Notes under the pieces: model-generated
The model's database searches: none
What the model was told of the DNA's origin: nothing
The model's input: only the letters and a program-made list of their open reading frames with translations
Part shown: one piece after another, positions 25,628 through 37,489 of the stretch
How positions within the stretch are numbered: the first letter of the stretch is position 1
How the letters are laid out: every line of letters begins with the position of its first letter
Program-made: the position numbers and the translations under genes
Assembly: GCF_001194135.2 (NCBI RefSeq)
Contig: NC_068993.1
Coordinates: forward strand, 46,132,994-46,178,286
Direction: 5' to 3'
Length of the DNA stretch: 45,293 nucleotides
Origin: Octopus bimaculoides
Lineage: Eukaryota

Positions 25628-26082
25628 TCCGTAGATATGTATAACCATTTCGGGGTCGATAAAATAAGTACCAGTTGAGCACTTGAGTCGACTTCATCGG
25701 CAAAGCCCCACCCCCGGAATTGATGGCCTTGTGTCAAAATTTGAAACATCGTTATTTTCATAAAAATAGCAAGTATATATATATATGTTTCAAATTTTTG
25801 CAGAAGGCCAGCAATCTCGAGAGAAGTCAACCCCGGCGGCATTTGAACGCAGAACATGAACACAGAAGAACTGCTGCAAAGCATTTTGCACGGCGAGCTA
25901 AATTCTGCCAATTCGCCGCCGTATAATATACAAATATTGGTATCACATTTTGGCACAAGCTCAGAAAGTTTGTAGCAGGGGGTAAACCAATGGCATCCAC
26001 CCCAGTCTTTGACTGGTACTCGTGTTTTCGACACGCTAAGCATTTTGCCCGGCGTGCTCACGGTTCTGCCAGCTCAACGCCA
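25628..26082. mobile_element. Three SINE family B fragments: one on + (25628-25750), two on - (25835-25920, 25930-26082)
   Basis: gggtcgataaaataagtaccag on +; gctaagcattttgcccggcgtgct..ttctgccagctc and gcattttgcacggcg..ttctgccaattcgccgcc on -. Confidence 0.8.
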
Positions 26083-27296
26083 TGCATTGTATAAATATTA
26101 AATACAGTATCTATTTCTTCACAGAAGGTAGTTTTCATCTATGGATCTCTGAAGTGTGAGCCCAGCACGATTCCACAGCTCAGCTTAGCTGACCAAATAA
26201 TGAAGACAAATTATCCTGAATTATTTCTATTATTGTCTATTCTGTGTTAACATTACTTCTATTACATCATCTATTGTAAGTTATTTATCTATTCCTATGC
26301 ATTGGACGTCTTCAAATGTACGAATATATATCAACTTCATAATACACGCTGCAACAGTGGGATGTAAATTTACTAACTGAATGGCGACATTTCTCTCTAT
26401 CGATACTCCGAGAATCACATTTGTCAAACCACGTGCATAATCTATGCGTTTCAAACTTTCTTGGATGTATCTTCATTTGCCATTTTCTGATCGGCAGGAG
26501 TAAACCAATTCTGTAAATGTTTCCCCAGTATAGTATAACAAGCAAGTTTGCTAGTATATTAATTACTAGGAAATAAACCAGATTACATGGCTGCAACTAA
26601 GATAGATTTTCCTTAATGACTGGTCGATGAATTCTGATCTGGTACTAAACAACCTCATCATAAACATAACTGACAACAACAACAACAACAATAATAATAA
26701 TATCGTTTACTTTATTGGACAGGAGGTGATGTATAAATGCATTGAATTATGAAACTTCGAAATTTTAGTTTCATTTAAGTTAGATAAGAAGATAATTTTG
26801 CCTTGGAAAATGTAAATACATGTTACTCCTGTAGACTTTTATTACATTTACAATCGTACATGCATACATACATACATACATACACATGCTTACATACATT
26901 TGTAAAGCTTTCCAGAAGTTTACCATTGAGGTATATATGCGCACGTCTAGACTGCAACTGTAGGCATGAGAATGCATTCATACAACTAGAGTCGCAAATC
27001 TGAACATGCAGTAAATTTATATACTGCACACACACACATATACATGCAAAAATACTCTGTAAATGTTGTTGAAATTCCAGTGAAAGAGCCTTGGATTTAG
27101 GTTAGAAACCCGCTCTTTCTTTATTAACAAAAAACAAATTTTGAAATAAAAGTAAATAACATACATACATACATTTCAAGATTTCTGTGTCTAGTGCCTG
27201 CAAGGACTAGATGACATCCCAAATCATCGAATCTTCAGGACCATTTCGAATACATGTTACACTAAAGGAGCGTTGTCTATCACAGCATTAGACCAG

Positions 27297-27362
27297 TGCT
27301 CCGCAAACTTTTTTCACTAGCGGTACACTTATTCTTTTCAAAATTCGGTGGCACATCTGAAC
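27297..27362 (+). mobile_element. hAT (Charlie-like) terminal fragment
   Basis: tagac|CAGTGCTCCGCAAACTTTTT..GCGGTACAC..GGTGGCACA resembles hAT left ends. No right end found. Confidence 0.45.
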
Positions 27363-27373
27363 TAAAAGTATAA

Positions 27374-28647
27374 CTAAAAGTCTTCGTTATTAAAACTGCA
27401 ATCGATCTATTGGGTACCGATTGGTTAGAATTATTTGATTTATGGGACCTCCCCATATGTAATAAACCCATAGCAAACAGAATAATAAAGTTTCTACTCG
27501 AGTTATTTGCTCGATACTGTGTTCCAAACACGTTAGTTTCAGATAATGGAACAGAAATCACGGGATATGAATTAAGACATTTCTGCAAAATACATGCCAT
27601 AGATCACATCTTTGCTCCGCCCTACCACCCGAGGTCAAATTGGCAGGCGGAAAAAATTGTCAACACGTTCAAAAGAGCTTTAGAAAAGCTAGGAATGAGG
27701 TAGATAATGACGTGGCACTAACGAAATTTTTGAGAGTATATAGAATAACACCAAATCCCAAATACTAATTCAGGAAAGTCACCATCAGATTTAATATTTG
27801 TGCATAAAATAAAATCGATCTATTTCGAAATAGGAGATAAAGTTCATTTTAAAAATTACAAACAAATTGTAAAGAATGTTGGAAGGATGGCTGTGTAATC
27901 AAAGGATTAGGTAACATAATGTAATTAATTAAAGGACAACTTTGGAACGTAAGAGGCACCTTAACCAGTTAAACATGAGATATACAGAAGAACGAAGAGT
28001 AATACCAATGGAAGTCTTCTATATGTTTGAAGTGCCAGTACCGAGAGAAATTAAACCCCGTAGAACTAGCTTCAGAAATCGAAAACAGACTGAATATCTG
28101 GAAGTAATACCTAATCGAAAAGGATATTAAATTTTCAAATAAAAACAAAAAACAAGAAAATTCAAGCGTGCTAACAGGAACACTTAGTACAACGCAAAGA
28201 AAATGTGCTGTGTGCAATGAACAATACTACTTTAAAAGTCGGGGAACAATTAAGATACAACAGCTAAAAAAAAAAAAAAAAAACAGAAACAGCGANNNNN
28301 NNNNNCAGCGAGAGAGGTGCAAGAAAGAAAAAGAATAAAAGAAAAGAAATTCCACTTTCTCACAAAAGTCGAAATCTCAAAAAGGGAGATGTTGTGATGA
28401 GAGTTACGACGCCCCCTTGCTAGCGATAGACTGCTCCGAGTAAAGTATAAATAGTAACGATCCGAGTGAGTTCAGAGTTCAGAGTCGAGTGAAGTTTGTG
28501 TCAGTTCGCAGTGAAGTCGGAAGTTGTCGGTTGGTTAGTTCACAAGGAATATTGATTGTTGGCTAGTAAAGAGATTTATTAGTTCGTTACGTTGTTTTTA
28601 GCGCTGTCTGGTTATCTTTATTGTACGTAACAAATTACGTTACAACA
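27374..28647 (+). mobile_element. Gypsy (Mag/K02A2.6-like) remnant: protease C-terminus joined to integrase core and C-terminus, PPT, 3' LTR
   Basis: LKVFVIKTAIDLLGTDWLELFDLWDLPIC (protease end), then IKFLLELFARYCVPNTLVSDNGT..PPYHPRSNWQAEKIVNTFKRAL (integrase), FLRVYRITP, KRHLNQL. PPT AAAAGGGAGA at about 28380-28389. LTR 28390-28647 with TGTTGT..ACAACA ends and TATAAATA at about 28445. Confidence 0.9.
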
Positions 28648-28894
28648 GAAAGATATTCCTTGTCATATTCATAGATAATGCAATGGCATTTAGGTTCAGT
28701 ATAAAAACAAAACAGTAAATAAATTGAAAGGGGTGAAAATAGACGCAGAGATCTCAGTTGATTTCACATACTTTTGTTGTAATAACAGGATTGTGTGTAC
28801 GATGTATATTTGTTTGTGTGTTTACATAGATATGTTTTCTCGAGCACAATTTTTATTGCTTTTTTATATTCTCCTTACTCACTCCCTAAATTAC

Positions 28895-29035
28895 TTTCTT
28901 TGCCTTATGATAATGACCTACTGTCGGAAACGCTAAGACATCATTACGTCATTTCTGTTTAAGCATTCATCTTATATAATACTTGTTACACGTTGTCCCG
29001 TACCATCTGTATTGTTTTTGTATATTATTTCCGTT
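28895..29035 (+). mobile_element. Possible decayed Penelope-like terminal fragment
   Basis: tgataat-gac-ctact-gtc-ggaaacg followed by a tract loosely similar to 30250-30342. Confidence 0.3.
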
Positions 29036-29126
29036 ATGTAAAGGAAACACTTATTCACGAAAAACCATACACTCACATACATTTATAAACACACACATAC
29101 TCACACACACACATACACATATATGT

Positions 29127-29163
<37 letters not shown>

Positions 29164-29571
29164 CATGTACGCACACAGATAACTAAAATGCAATTATATA
29201 TATATATGCATTACGACTGTTTTCATTGGCAGAGTTTTTTCCGTGATGGTTTATTGAAGCTGTCAATTTGAACAAACACGAACTGCGAAAGTTTAAGGTG
29301 GCTGTCAACAAATATATAATAAACATTCGAGTGAATTCATCTATCTTGTACATATTCTCAGCCAATGCTTATTTTTATTCTGTCGGTAAGAATATATAGA
29401 AGTATGTGTGTGTCTGTGTGTCTGCGTCCGTCTGTGTGTGTGTGTCTGCATGTGTGAGCGTGTGTGTATATGCTTGTGCGTGCATATATACATATGTATA
29501 TATATTATATAGGTATATATGTATATATTATATATGTATTTATATACATATATATATATGTTTGTATTGTA

Positions 29572-29942
29572 TCTAAGGTACAATTTACTCCATCTAAATT
29601 TAGGCCCAGGTACTTCAGTAGGTTAGGGTTCAAAAGTCCACAGCCCTTCAATGCCCTACCCCCAAAATTAAGAATTCTGGATAAAGTGGAAGTAGATATC
29701 TTCAAAAAGGAACTAGACATCCTACTCTCCACAATACCAAATGAACCCAACAGACCAACATGAGGTGCAGACAAGGAAAGCGGAATTAAACTCCCTTATA
29801 CACCAAATGGGCCAACAGCTGGGACAAAGGCACAAACAAGAGTGGTTATGTGAAACACTCCAAACTGTGGTAATCAGAAAGACAACAGTGGTGCTAACGC
29901 GTGACCGAAGGGGCATGACTGAAACGTGTAAAAGAGGAAAAG
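29572..29942 (+). mobile_element. CR1/L2-group LINE 3' end (ORF2 C-terminus plus 3' UTR)
   Basis: LGFKSPQPFNALPPKLRILDKVEVDIFKKELDILLSTIPNEP..RKAELNSLIHQM matches the LFNxLP..VxxFKxxLDxxLxxIPDEP..AxxNSL tail motif of this group. The 3' UTR ends ..ATGACTGAAACGTGTAAAAGAGGAAAAG. Confidence 0.8.
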
Positions 29943-29944
29943 TT

Positions 29945-30342
29945 TAGCCCACACGCCTACACCACCCACCACTACGCCTCCACACGACATCTCACCACCC
30001 CACGCCACTTGAAACGTACTAGCACTGACCACTTTCCAGGACCCTCACCACACACCACCATCCGCTCACCCAGACATTACAGATGCACATATCCACACAC
30101 ACTTACACATTCTCACATACACACACGCGAGCGCACCTTCATCTTGGGATCACCTTCTTTCTACCTCTCCTATCAAACGTTTTTTCTCCAACCAGTCACC
30201 ATTCATTCTCTATTTATTTTTCTTCTTCCTTTCTGTTGAAGAGCGTAGGCTCGAAACGCAAGAGACTTTATCACTCTCCCGAGCATCAAACTAATACACC
30301 AGCTTGTAGTTCATACACCTATCTTCGTCTTTTGTTTTCCTG
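29945..30342 (+). mobile_element. Probable Penelope-like element terminal region
   Basis: C-rich tract, then CTGTTGAAGAGCGTAGGCTCGAAACG, a hammerhead-like motif of the kind found at PLE ends. Runs into an N gap; no RT or GIY-YIG sequence seen. Confidence 0.5.
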
Positions 30343-30600
30343 NNNNNNNNNNNNNNNNNNNNNNNNNNNNNNNNNNNNNNNNNNNNNNNNNNNNNNNNNN
30401 NNNNNNNNNNNNNNNNNNNNNNNNNNNNNNNNNNNNNNNNNNNNNNNNNNNNNNNNNNNNNNNNNNNNNNNNNNNNNNNNNNNNNNNNNNNNNNNNNNNN
30501 NNNNNNNNNNNNNNNNNNNNNNNNNNNNNNNNNNNNNNNNNNNNNNNNNNNNNNNNNNNNNNNNNNNNNNNNNNNNNNNNNNNNNNNNNNNCACACACAC

Positions 30601-30648
<48 letters not shown>

Positions 30649-30893
30649 TGTCTGAGTGGGTGTTTATTTGTGCGCACATGTTTTTGTACATATGTGTGCT
30701 TCTGTTAATGTAAATAGATAGAAATGTTTTATATATAAGTACAATGGTTTATATTTAACTGACTGCGGTGGAATAAAGAAGAAGGGTGTTAGTAATGAGA
30801 CTTACATCATACAGACAGTTATAATTATGTTTACATTTTCCATATTTATTGCTTTATAATTCAGTGGGAATTATGATCGTCTTTTGTTGAATT

Positions 30894-30930
<37 letters not shown>

Positions 30931-31372
30931 ATAAAAGTAATGTTTTCTCATACAAACACTAACTCGCAAACATATCGTAATCCACATGCATTCTTAACTA
31001 GACATAGACTTAGATACATACGTTCATACGTACATTCCAGCCTACACAGTAAAAGAGACACATGATATATATGGCTGTTCTTTTTTTTTTTTTTTTCCAC
31101 TGTAAGCTGGGTTCATAATGTCGAGCATAAAAGATAACTTGATTTAAGTGTAGAGCTTCGAAAATTTATTTTGTGGGAACAATGTGTCTTCAAATTTTCA
31201 GCTAGACAGACTCAGCAGTGAAGCTGTTATAAACGTAACTTCGAAGTTCCAGTAAAACTGCCTTCGAAATGTATGTTTTATGTGTGGGCAAAGGCACTTC
31301 TATAGTCACATATATCTACATCTTTCTGTCTATCTTGCCCTCTCCACTTCTCTCTCTCTGTCTCTCTCTCTG

Positions 31373-31403
<31 letters not shown>

Positions 31404-31479
31404 TATATGCACATATATATATACACTTACATATACATATATATATAAGTATATATATATATATATATANNNNNNNNNN

Positions 31480-31513
<34 letters not shown>

Positions 31514-31647
31514 GTGTACGATATATACTCAAATGCATGCTGACATATGCTGAGGCAGTATAAATGGTACAATTTAATATTAACACGGAGAAAAATGTCA
31601 TGACTCGAATTCTTTCATGTTGCACACAGGAAATTCTACATCATTTA

Positions 31648-31758
31648 TTACATAGTTCCTTCTTCTTCTTCATCATCATTAAATCCAGAGCCACTGAAAT
31701 AATTGCGCTTAAATGTCTTATGTTTATGTGCAGTAATGAGAGCCTTTATAGACTCAAA
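31648..31758 (-). CDS. Candidate terminal coding exon of an unidentified gene
   Basis: Acceptor tgattatttcgcag|, phase 0, FESIKALITAHKHKTFKRNYFSGSGFNDDEEEEGTM*, double TAA with overlapping AATAAA. No homology recognised; could be chance. Confidence 0.3.
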   Translation of the reverse strand, partial: FESIKALITAHKHKTFKRNYFSGSGFNDDEEEEGTM

Positions 31759-33939
31759 CTGCGAAATAATCAGATTTATCTTGAAACGAAATCTGGATAG
31801 CTTCTCCCAAGTTATCGCAAAAATAAATTAGCATCTTAACAGTGAATAAATATTGAGAAATTCAAAGAAATAGGGTGTCAATTATAATGCTGAACATTTA
31901 TATTATGTGTTTTTGTTTTTTAACAACATAAGAGAGAGACAGTTCGTCCTTAATGCCTTTAATTCAAACTTTCAGCTTATTTTTGCCTATAATTCTAAAA
32001 TTGTTTTAATGACGATAGTTATGTCAATTCATCTGCTGTTCTTTCCGCTTATACGTATGTGTGTGTCTATGAGTTTGTGTAAGCTTTTTGCACGTTTGCG
32101 TNNNNNNNNNNNNNNNNNNNNNNNNNNNNNNNNNNNNNNNNNNNNNNNNNNNNNNNNNNNNNNNNNNNNNNNNNNNNNNNNNNNNNNNNNNNNNNNNNNN
32201 NNNNNNNNNNNNNNNNNNNNNNNNNNNNNNNNNNNNNNNNNNNNNNNNNNNNNNNNNNNNNNNNNNNNNNNNNNNNNNNNNNNNNNNNNNNNNNNNNNNN
32301 NNNNNNNNNNNNNNNNNNNNNNNNNNNNNNNNNNNNNNNNNNNNNNNNNNNNNNNNNNNNNNNNNNNNNNNNNNNNNNNNNNNNNNNNNNNNNNNNNNNN
32401 NNNNNNNNNNNNNNNNNNNNNNNNNNNNNNNNNNNNNNNNNNNNNNNNNNNNNNNNNNNNNNNNNNNNNNNNNNNNNNNNNNNNNNNNNNNNNNNNNNNN
32501 NNNNNNNNNNNNNNNNNNNNNNNNNNNNNNNNNNNNNNNNNNNNNNNNNNNNNNNNNNNNNNNNNNNNNNNNNNNNNNNNNNNNNNNNNNNNNNNNNNNN
32601 NNNNNNNNNNNNNNNNNNNATATATACTTGTTAGTATATACATGTACATATATATGTGTGTATATAATGGTGTTGACTAATTGCAATTTTGTTTCGGATT
32701 CATAGTTCTTGTAACATTTTTTTTTTTACCCTTTCCTATTTGATCATTTTTTCCTTTTATTTTGAAAAAAAGAAAATAATTTCAATTTTTCATTCCCTCA
32801 AATATCCACATGTTCACTACATAGAATACTTCTAAGAGTTGAATCCTTAATTTACTCTTTGTTCACTCGCACACGGCTGATTAATTTTGATCCGGTTACT
32901 CTGATGTAATTCTCATTGTATTGGAGGTATTTAGTGAAGTAGAAGAAATGTTTATTTTTTCAATGATAAAATACATTCCAACCACGACAATCCTATCTTT
33001 AATAGTTAATTAGGACTACATACACCAATTTGACTTCCTTATGTCAGACAGTAAAATTAATTCTGAAAGGGATTTGGTTATAATAACTTGCACATCAGGC
33101 AAACACGTAAGGGTTCCTGCGTTACTTCTAGAAGCATATGCATTCGTGTCTACGGTATACAGATGCACCTAAATGCGTTTCACTGTAGTTTCTCGTGGAT
33201 TTAGTGGGCAAAGTATCTGGACAGATGTGCTTTAATGCTTGACAGGTAAGGTTCTTTTCTTTGGATACCATGCAAAACGAAAAATAATCAAATCAAAGGA
33301 TGGATGAACTCAGCAGAATGAACAGACAGTCAATAGGTGGGAGTTAGAGACACTCAGTCTTTCTTTAGGCGTTTCTCAAGGAAAAAGAAATTCTGAAATA
33401 GCCGCTTCATTGCGAAGCCTAGATCTTGCTTTTGCTTGTTTCTGAAGTACAAAACTTGTCGGTGACTTTTAGCTGTGTTATACAAGCTCTTATTGACTTT
33501 GAATTTTCAATTTCAGCACGAGCACGGCTAAGGGTTATTGTTTTTACCATCTAGGACAAGATCATTTGTCAAACAGGATTATACTTATCTACGAATCGAC
33601 AACTACCATCCAGTTGTTACAGGGAGTACAATGTAAATTTTAGATAGACCAAGAATTTCGTTGTAGAATGTATGATTGGAAGAAGACATAGTGCAGTGGT
33701 GGAATAATAGTAGTTGCTCTCATTGTAATGCCCTGGATTTTCCCAGATACAACTGAGCTCCAATCATAGTTGCTCCGAACCTGACCAGACTTTCATACTT
33801 TCAGATACGTTAAAACTACGATTACTTTGTCCAAAATGACTTGCCTTCTTTATATGCTGCAAGTTGACTGAAATTTAGTTCCTATTTTTAGTAGGCTACT
33901 ATTTTCTAAAAGTGTCTCTCGTGTACACGCTTGTGTCTC

Positions 33940-34090
33940 TTGAGGTGTGAAGAAATTTGATTCCCAACCACATGCTTCCGGATGTGTGGCACCTTGGACA
34001 AGTGTCTTATATTATAGCCTCGGGACAATCAAAGATTTATGAGTAGATTTGGTATGTAGAAGCTGAAAGAAGCCAGTTGTATATGTATGT
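33940..34090 (+). mobile_element. SINE family A 5' part
   Basis: ccaaccacatg.ttccgg..gtggcaccttggacaagtgtctt.tattatagcctcggg..agatttggta..agctgaaagaagcc. Confidence 0.8.
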
Positions 34091-34313
34091 AAATATCTAA
34101 GTGTGCGTGTGTGTCTTTGTGCTGATTGTGGTAGTGCTATTGCAGGTGGAGATTGTGCTGATGCCGCCGATGGTACAAGTGGTGGTCACGAATGTAGTGC
34201 CAGTGGTGGTTGAAATAGTACTGGTTGTGATAATGGTAAGAGTAGAAGTGTACACACATCTGACAATCGTATGTATGTGTATGTGCATATATGTATATAT
34301 GTGTGAATATATG

Positions 34314-34407
<94 letters not shown>

Positions 34408-34537
34408 AGCACGTAACCACACAAGCAACTTGATCGTGCGAGAGATAAAAAAACAGACAGAAAGACAGCTAGAAACATAGATAGATAGATATGGATATAC
34501 TTAAATATATGCACATATGCATATACACACAAGCATG

Positions 34538-34616
<79 letters not shown>

Positions 34617-34806
34617 NNNNNNNNNNNNNNNNNNNNNNNNNNNNNNNNNNNNNNNNNNNNNNNNNNNNNNNNNNNNNNNNNNNNNNNNNNNNNNNNNNNN
34701 NNNNNNNNNNNNNNNNNNNNNNNNNNNNNNNNNNNNNNNNNNNNNNNNNNNNNNNNNNNNNNNNNNNNNNNNNNNNNNNNNNNNNNNNNNNNNNNNNNNN
34801 NNNNNN

Positions 34807-34881
<75 letters not shown>

Positions 34882-34958
34882 CTAATTTAATCATTTAGCT
34901 ACTTCTAGGCTCCGAAATTGTTTTGGCGAACATTTCATCTTGGATGGATCAGTTGGAG

Positions 34959-35049
34959 CTAATCTTTTGAAAGATTGGCTTGGAAATATTCTGAAAGATG
35001 TTTCAGCTCATTCTCATTCTGCCATGGCACCCACCCTCCATTATATAAG
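34959..35049 (-). CDS. Candidate terminal exon (weak)
   Basis: gttttag|c-LYNGGWVPWQNENELKHLSEYFQANLSKD*; phase-compatible with 40982-41071. No homology recognised. Confidence 0.2.
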
Positions 35050-35295
35050 CTAAAACAACTGGAGGGTGGTATGGATGTGGAAAGGTGTTCAGTAGTCAAG
35101 ATGGTTCCTTGTCATTTAGATAAAATGATAGATTATAAAGTATTCCTGGTTGATGTTAGTGAAAAAATAAAATCACGGCAGATGACATTAAAACCAACTA
35201 TCAAACATGGTGCCTTCATATATATATATGTGCGCATGTGTGTATATATGTATGTATGTTTGTATACACACATACACATAATATTCAGGCATATG

Positions 35296-35352
<57 letters not shown>

Positions 35353-35677
35353 TTATGTGTGTGCATATATATATTTATACATTTGTATTGTAAACAAATT
35401 ATAAAGCGCTGCATGTGTCGGTATTCTACATAAACAAAGGAATTCGCTAACGCAGCAACGCTATGTAGACAGATTAGAATTTCGAGTGAATACTTTTTAG
35501 GAAGCAGGAAAAAGTGGCCAAATGTGGATGGCAATCCTCCGATTCCCTGCGAAAGTTTGCTGGCCACTTTCCCCTGTTTTCTAAACGGCATTTATTCGAT
35601 GTACTAAGTTATCCTCACAAACATTCTANNNNNNNNNNNNNNNNNNNNNNNNNNNNNNNNNNNNNNNNNNNNNNNNN

Positions 35678-35753
<76 letters not shown>

Positions 35754-35760
35754 ACATATA

Positions 35761-35883
35761 TACTCATAAGATACAGTGTATATTTAAACACATAAGAGAA
35801 ATCCGCTCATGGGATTCCTTATGCTAGAAAGAATAGCTATCATTCCTCTTATGTGTTTAAATATATACTGTATCTTAAGAGTA
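35761..35883. mobile_element. Palindromic MITE-like element (38-bp arms, TA ends)
   Basis: Arms 35761-35798 and 35846-35883 are reverse complements at 36/38 positions, with a 47-nt spacer. Confidence 0.7.
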
Positions 35884-35976
35884 ATTCATAGTCTTTGGAC
35901 TAGATTTTTATACGCTAGGCCACTCGAAGTGAAAATTTTTATTGATTACCATTTCCCTTCGATATGATTAAGTATA

Positions 35977-36013
<37 letters not shown>

Positions 36014-36039
36014 GAAAGTACAGTTATCATGCACCACTC

Positions 36040-36530
36040 CTGCAATCATCGGTGATCCTGGACCTCTTTGCCAAAGTTTCAAGTTTTATGATTAGTATTG
36101 GGGAAGATAGGTGTCTGCTTTCCAGTTGCTTTATGCTGGTTTATTTCCAGTTTACACCTCTGTCGGGCACTCCCTTCGAAAATTAAATGCGAAATGGAAC
36201 TCCTTGAGTTTTCCTATTTCATGCTGAAGCACTGCTTTCTTTAAAGTGAAAGGAATTTATTCGTTTGCTCATCAAACAGAGAGGGTCCTGCAAATGTTAG
36301 AAGATAACGAATTTGGCTTTAAACATTTGTATCTTCACATTATTATAGTTAAGTACTAGGAAAATGTGTCCGTCTTCATGTTCTAATTGAACAAGTAAAT
36401 GTTTGTCTTGAAGCGTTGGTAGAGAAAATGTTTTTAATAAATAGTCTTCTCGCAGTTGTGTCCGGAATTAGAGAAGTCGTGTATCATCAGCTATTAAACA
36501 AAGATTGACCTTCTTAGTCATCAACAACAA
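36040..36530 (-). pseudogene. Highly decayed Gypsy pol remnant (protease to RT start)
   Basis: Frameshifted pieces in the expected order: SLIPDTTARRLF, PTLQ, GPSLF, VLQHEIGKLKEF, RQRCKLEINQ (compare SLISxxTYxRLF, GPSLLGRDW, FxxEIGKLKxF, RQKVExEL). Confidence 0.45.
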
Positions 36531-36711
36531 CAGCATAGAAAAAAAAACGTTGTTTCAGGAGGAAACAGAAGAAATAGCCAACAATGATGACACACACATA
36601 GTTTCATAGTCTCAAGCGCGCGCGCACACACACGCACACACACACACACGCACAAACTCACACATACATATACATATGTGTGTACATACATATGTATATG
36701 AGTGTATATTC

Positions 36712-36752
<41 letters not shown>

Positions 36753-36762
36753 NNNNNNNNNN

Positions 36763-36797
<35 letters not shown>

Positions 36798-36899
36798 CAT
36801 GTATATACATATGTATATGTGTGTATTTATATAATCATGCGTATGTAGGTATCAATCTTCCGTCTTTCATTTACCATGTATATATATATCTGCATACAT

Positions 36900-36938
<39 letters not shown>

Positions 36939-37301
36939 CACATATGCGCGCATACATATATACAAACATATATATGTATGCATATATGTATACATACATA
37001 TATACAAACATATATATGTATGCATATATGTATACATATATACAAATATATNNNNNNNNNNNNNNNNNNNNNNNNNNNNNNNNNNNNNNNNNNNNNNNNN
37101 NNNNNNNNNNNNNNNNNNNNNNNNNNNNNNNNNNNNNNNNNNNNNNNNNNNNNNNNNNNNNNNNNNNNNNNNNNNNNNNNNNNNNNNNNNNNNNNNNNNN
37201 NNNNNNNNNNNNNNNNNNNNNNNNNNNNNNNNNNNNNNNNNNNNNNNNNNNNNNNNNNNNNNNNNNNNNNNNNNNNNNNNNNNNNNNNNNNNNNNNNNNN
37301 N

Positions 37302-37372
<71 letters not shown>

Positions 37373-37489
37373 ATATACGTATGTATGTATATATAGTTAT
37401 GTGCACGCATGTATGTACGTGTGTATGTATGTATGCACGTATGTATGTATGCATCTATGTATGTATCTGTTTGCAAAGGAATCTGCCTT

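Noticed and set aside
26312-26596. 94-aa minus ORF with an acceptor-like catttacag
   Set aside because: No recognisable domain or convincing donor.
32880-33570. Semi-open minus frame with Ig-like words (AWY, NAGTLTC)
   Set aside because: Stop density is about what AT-rich random sequence gives and the motifs are too weak.
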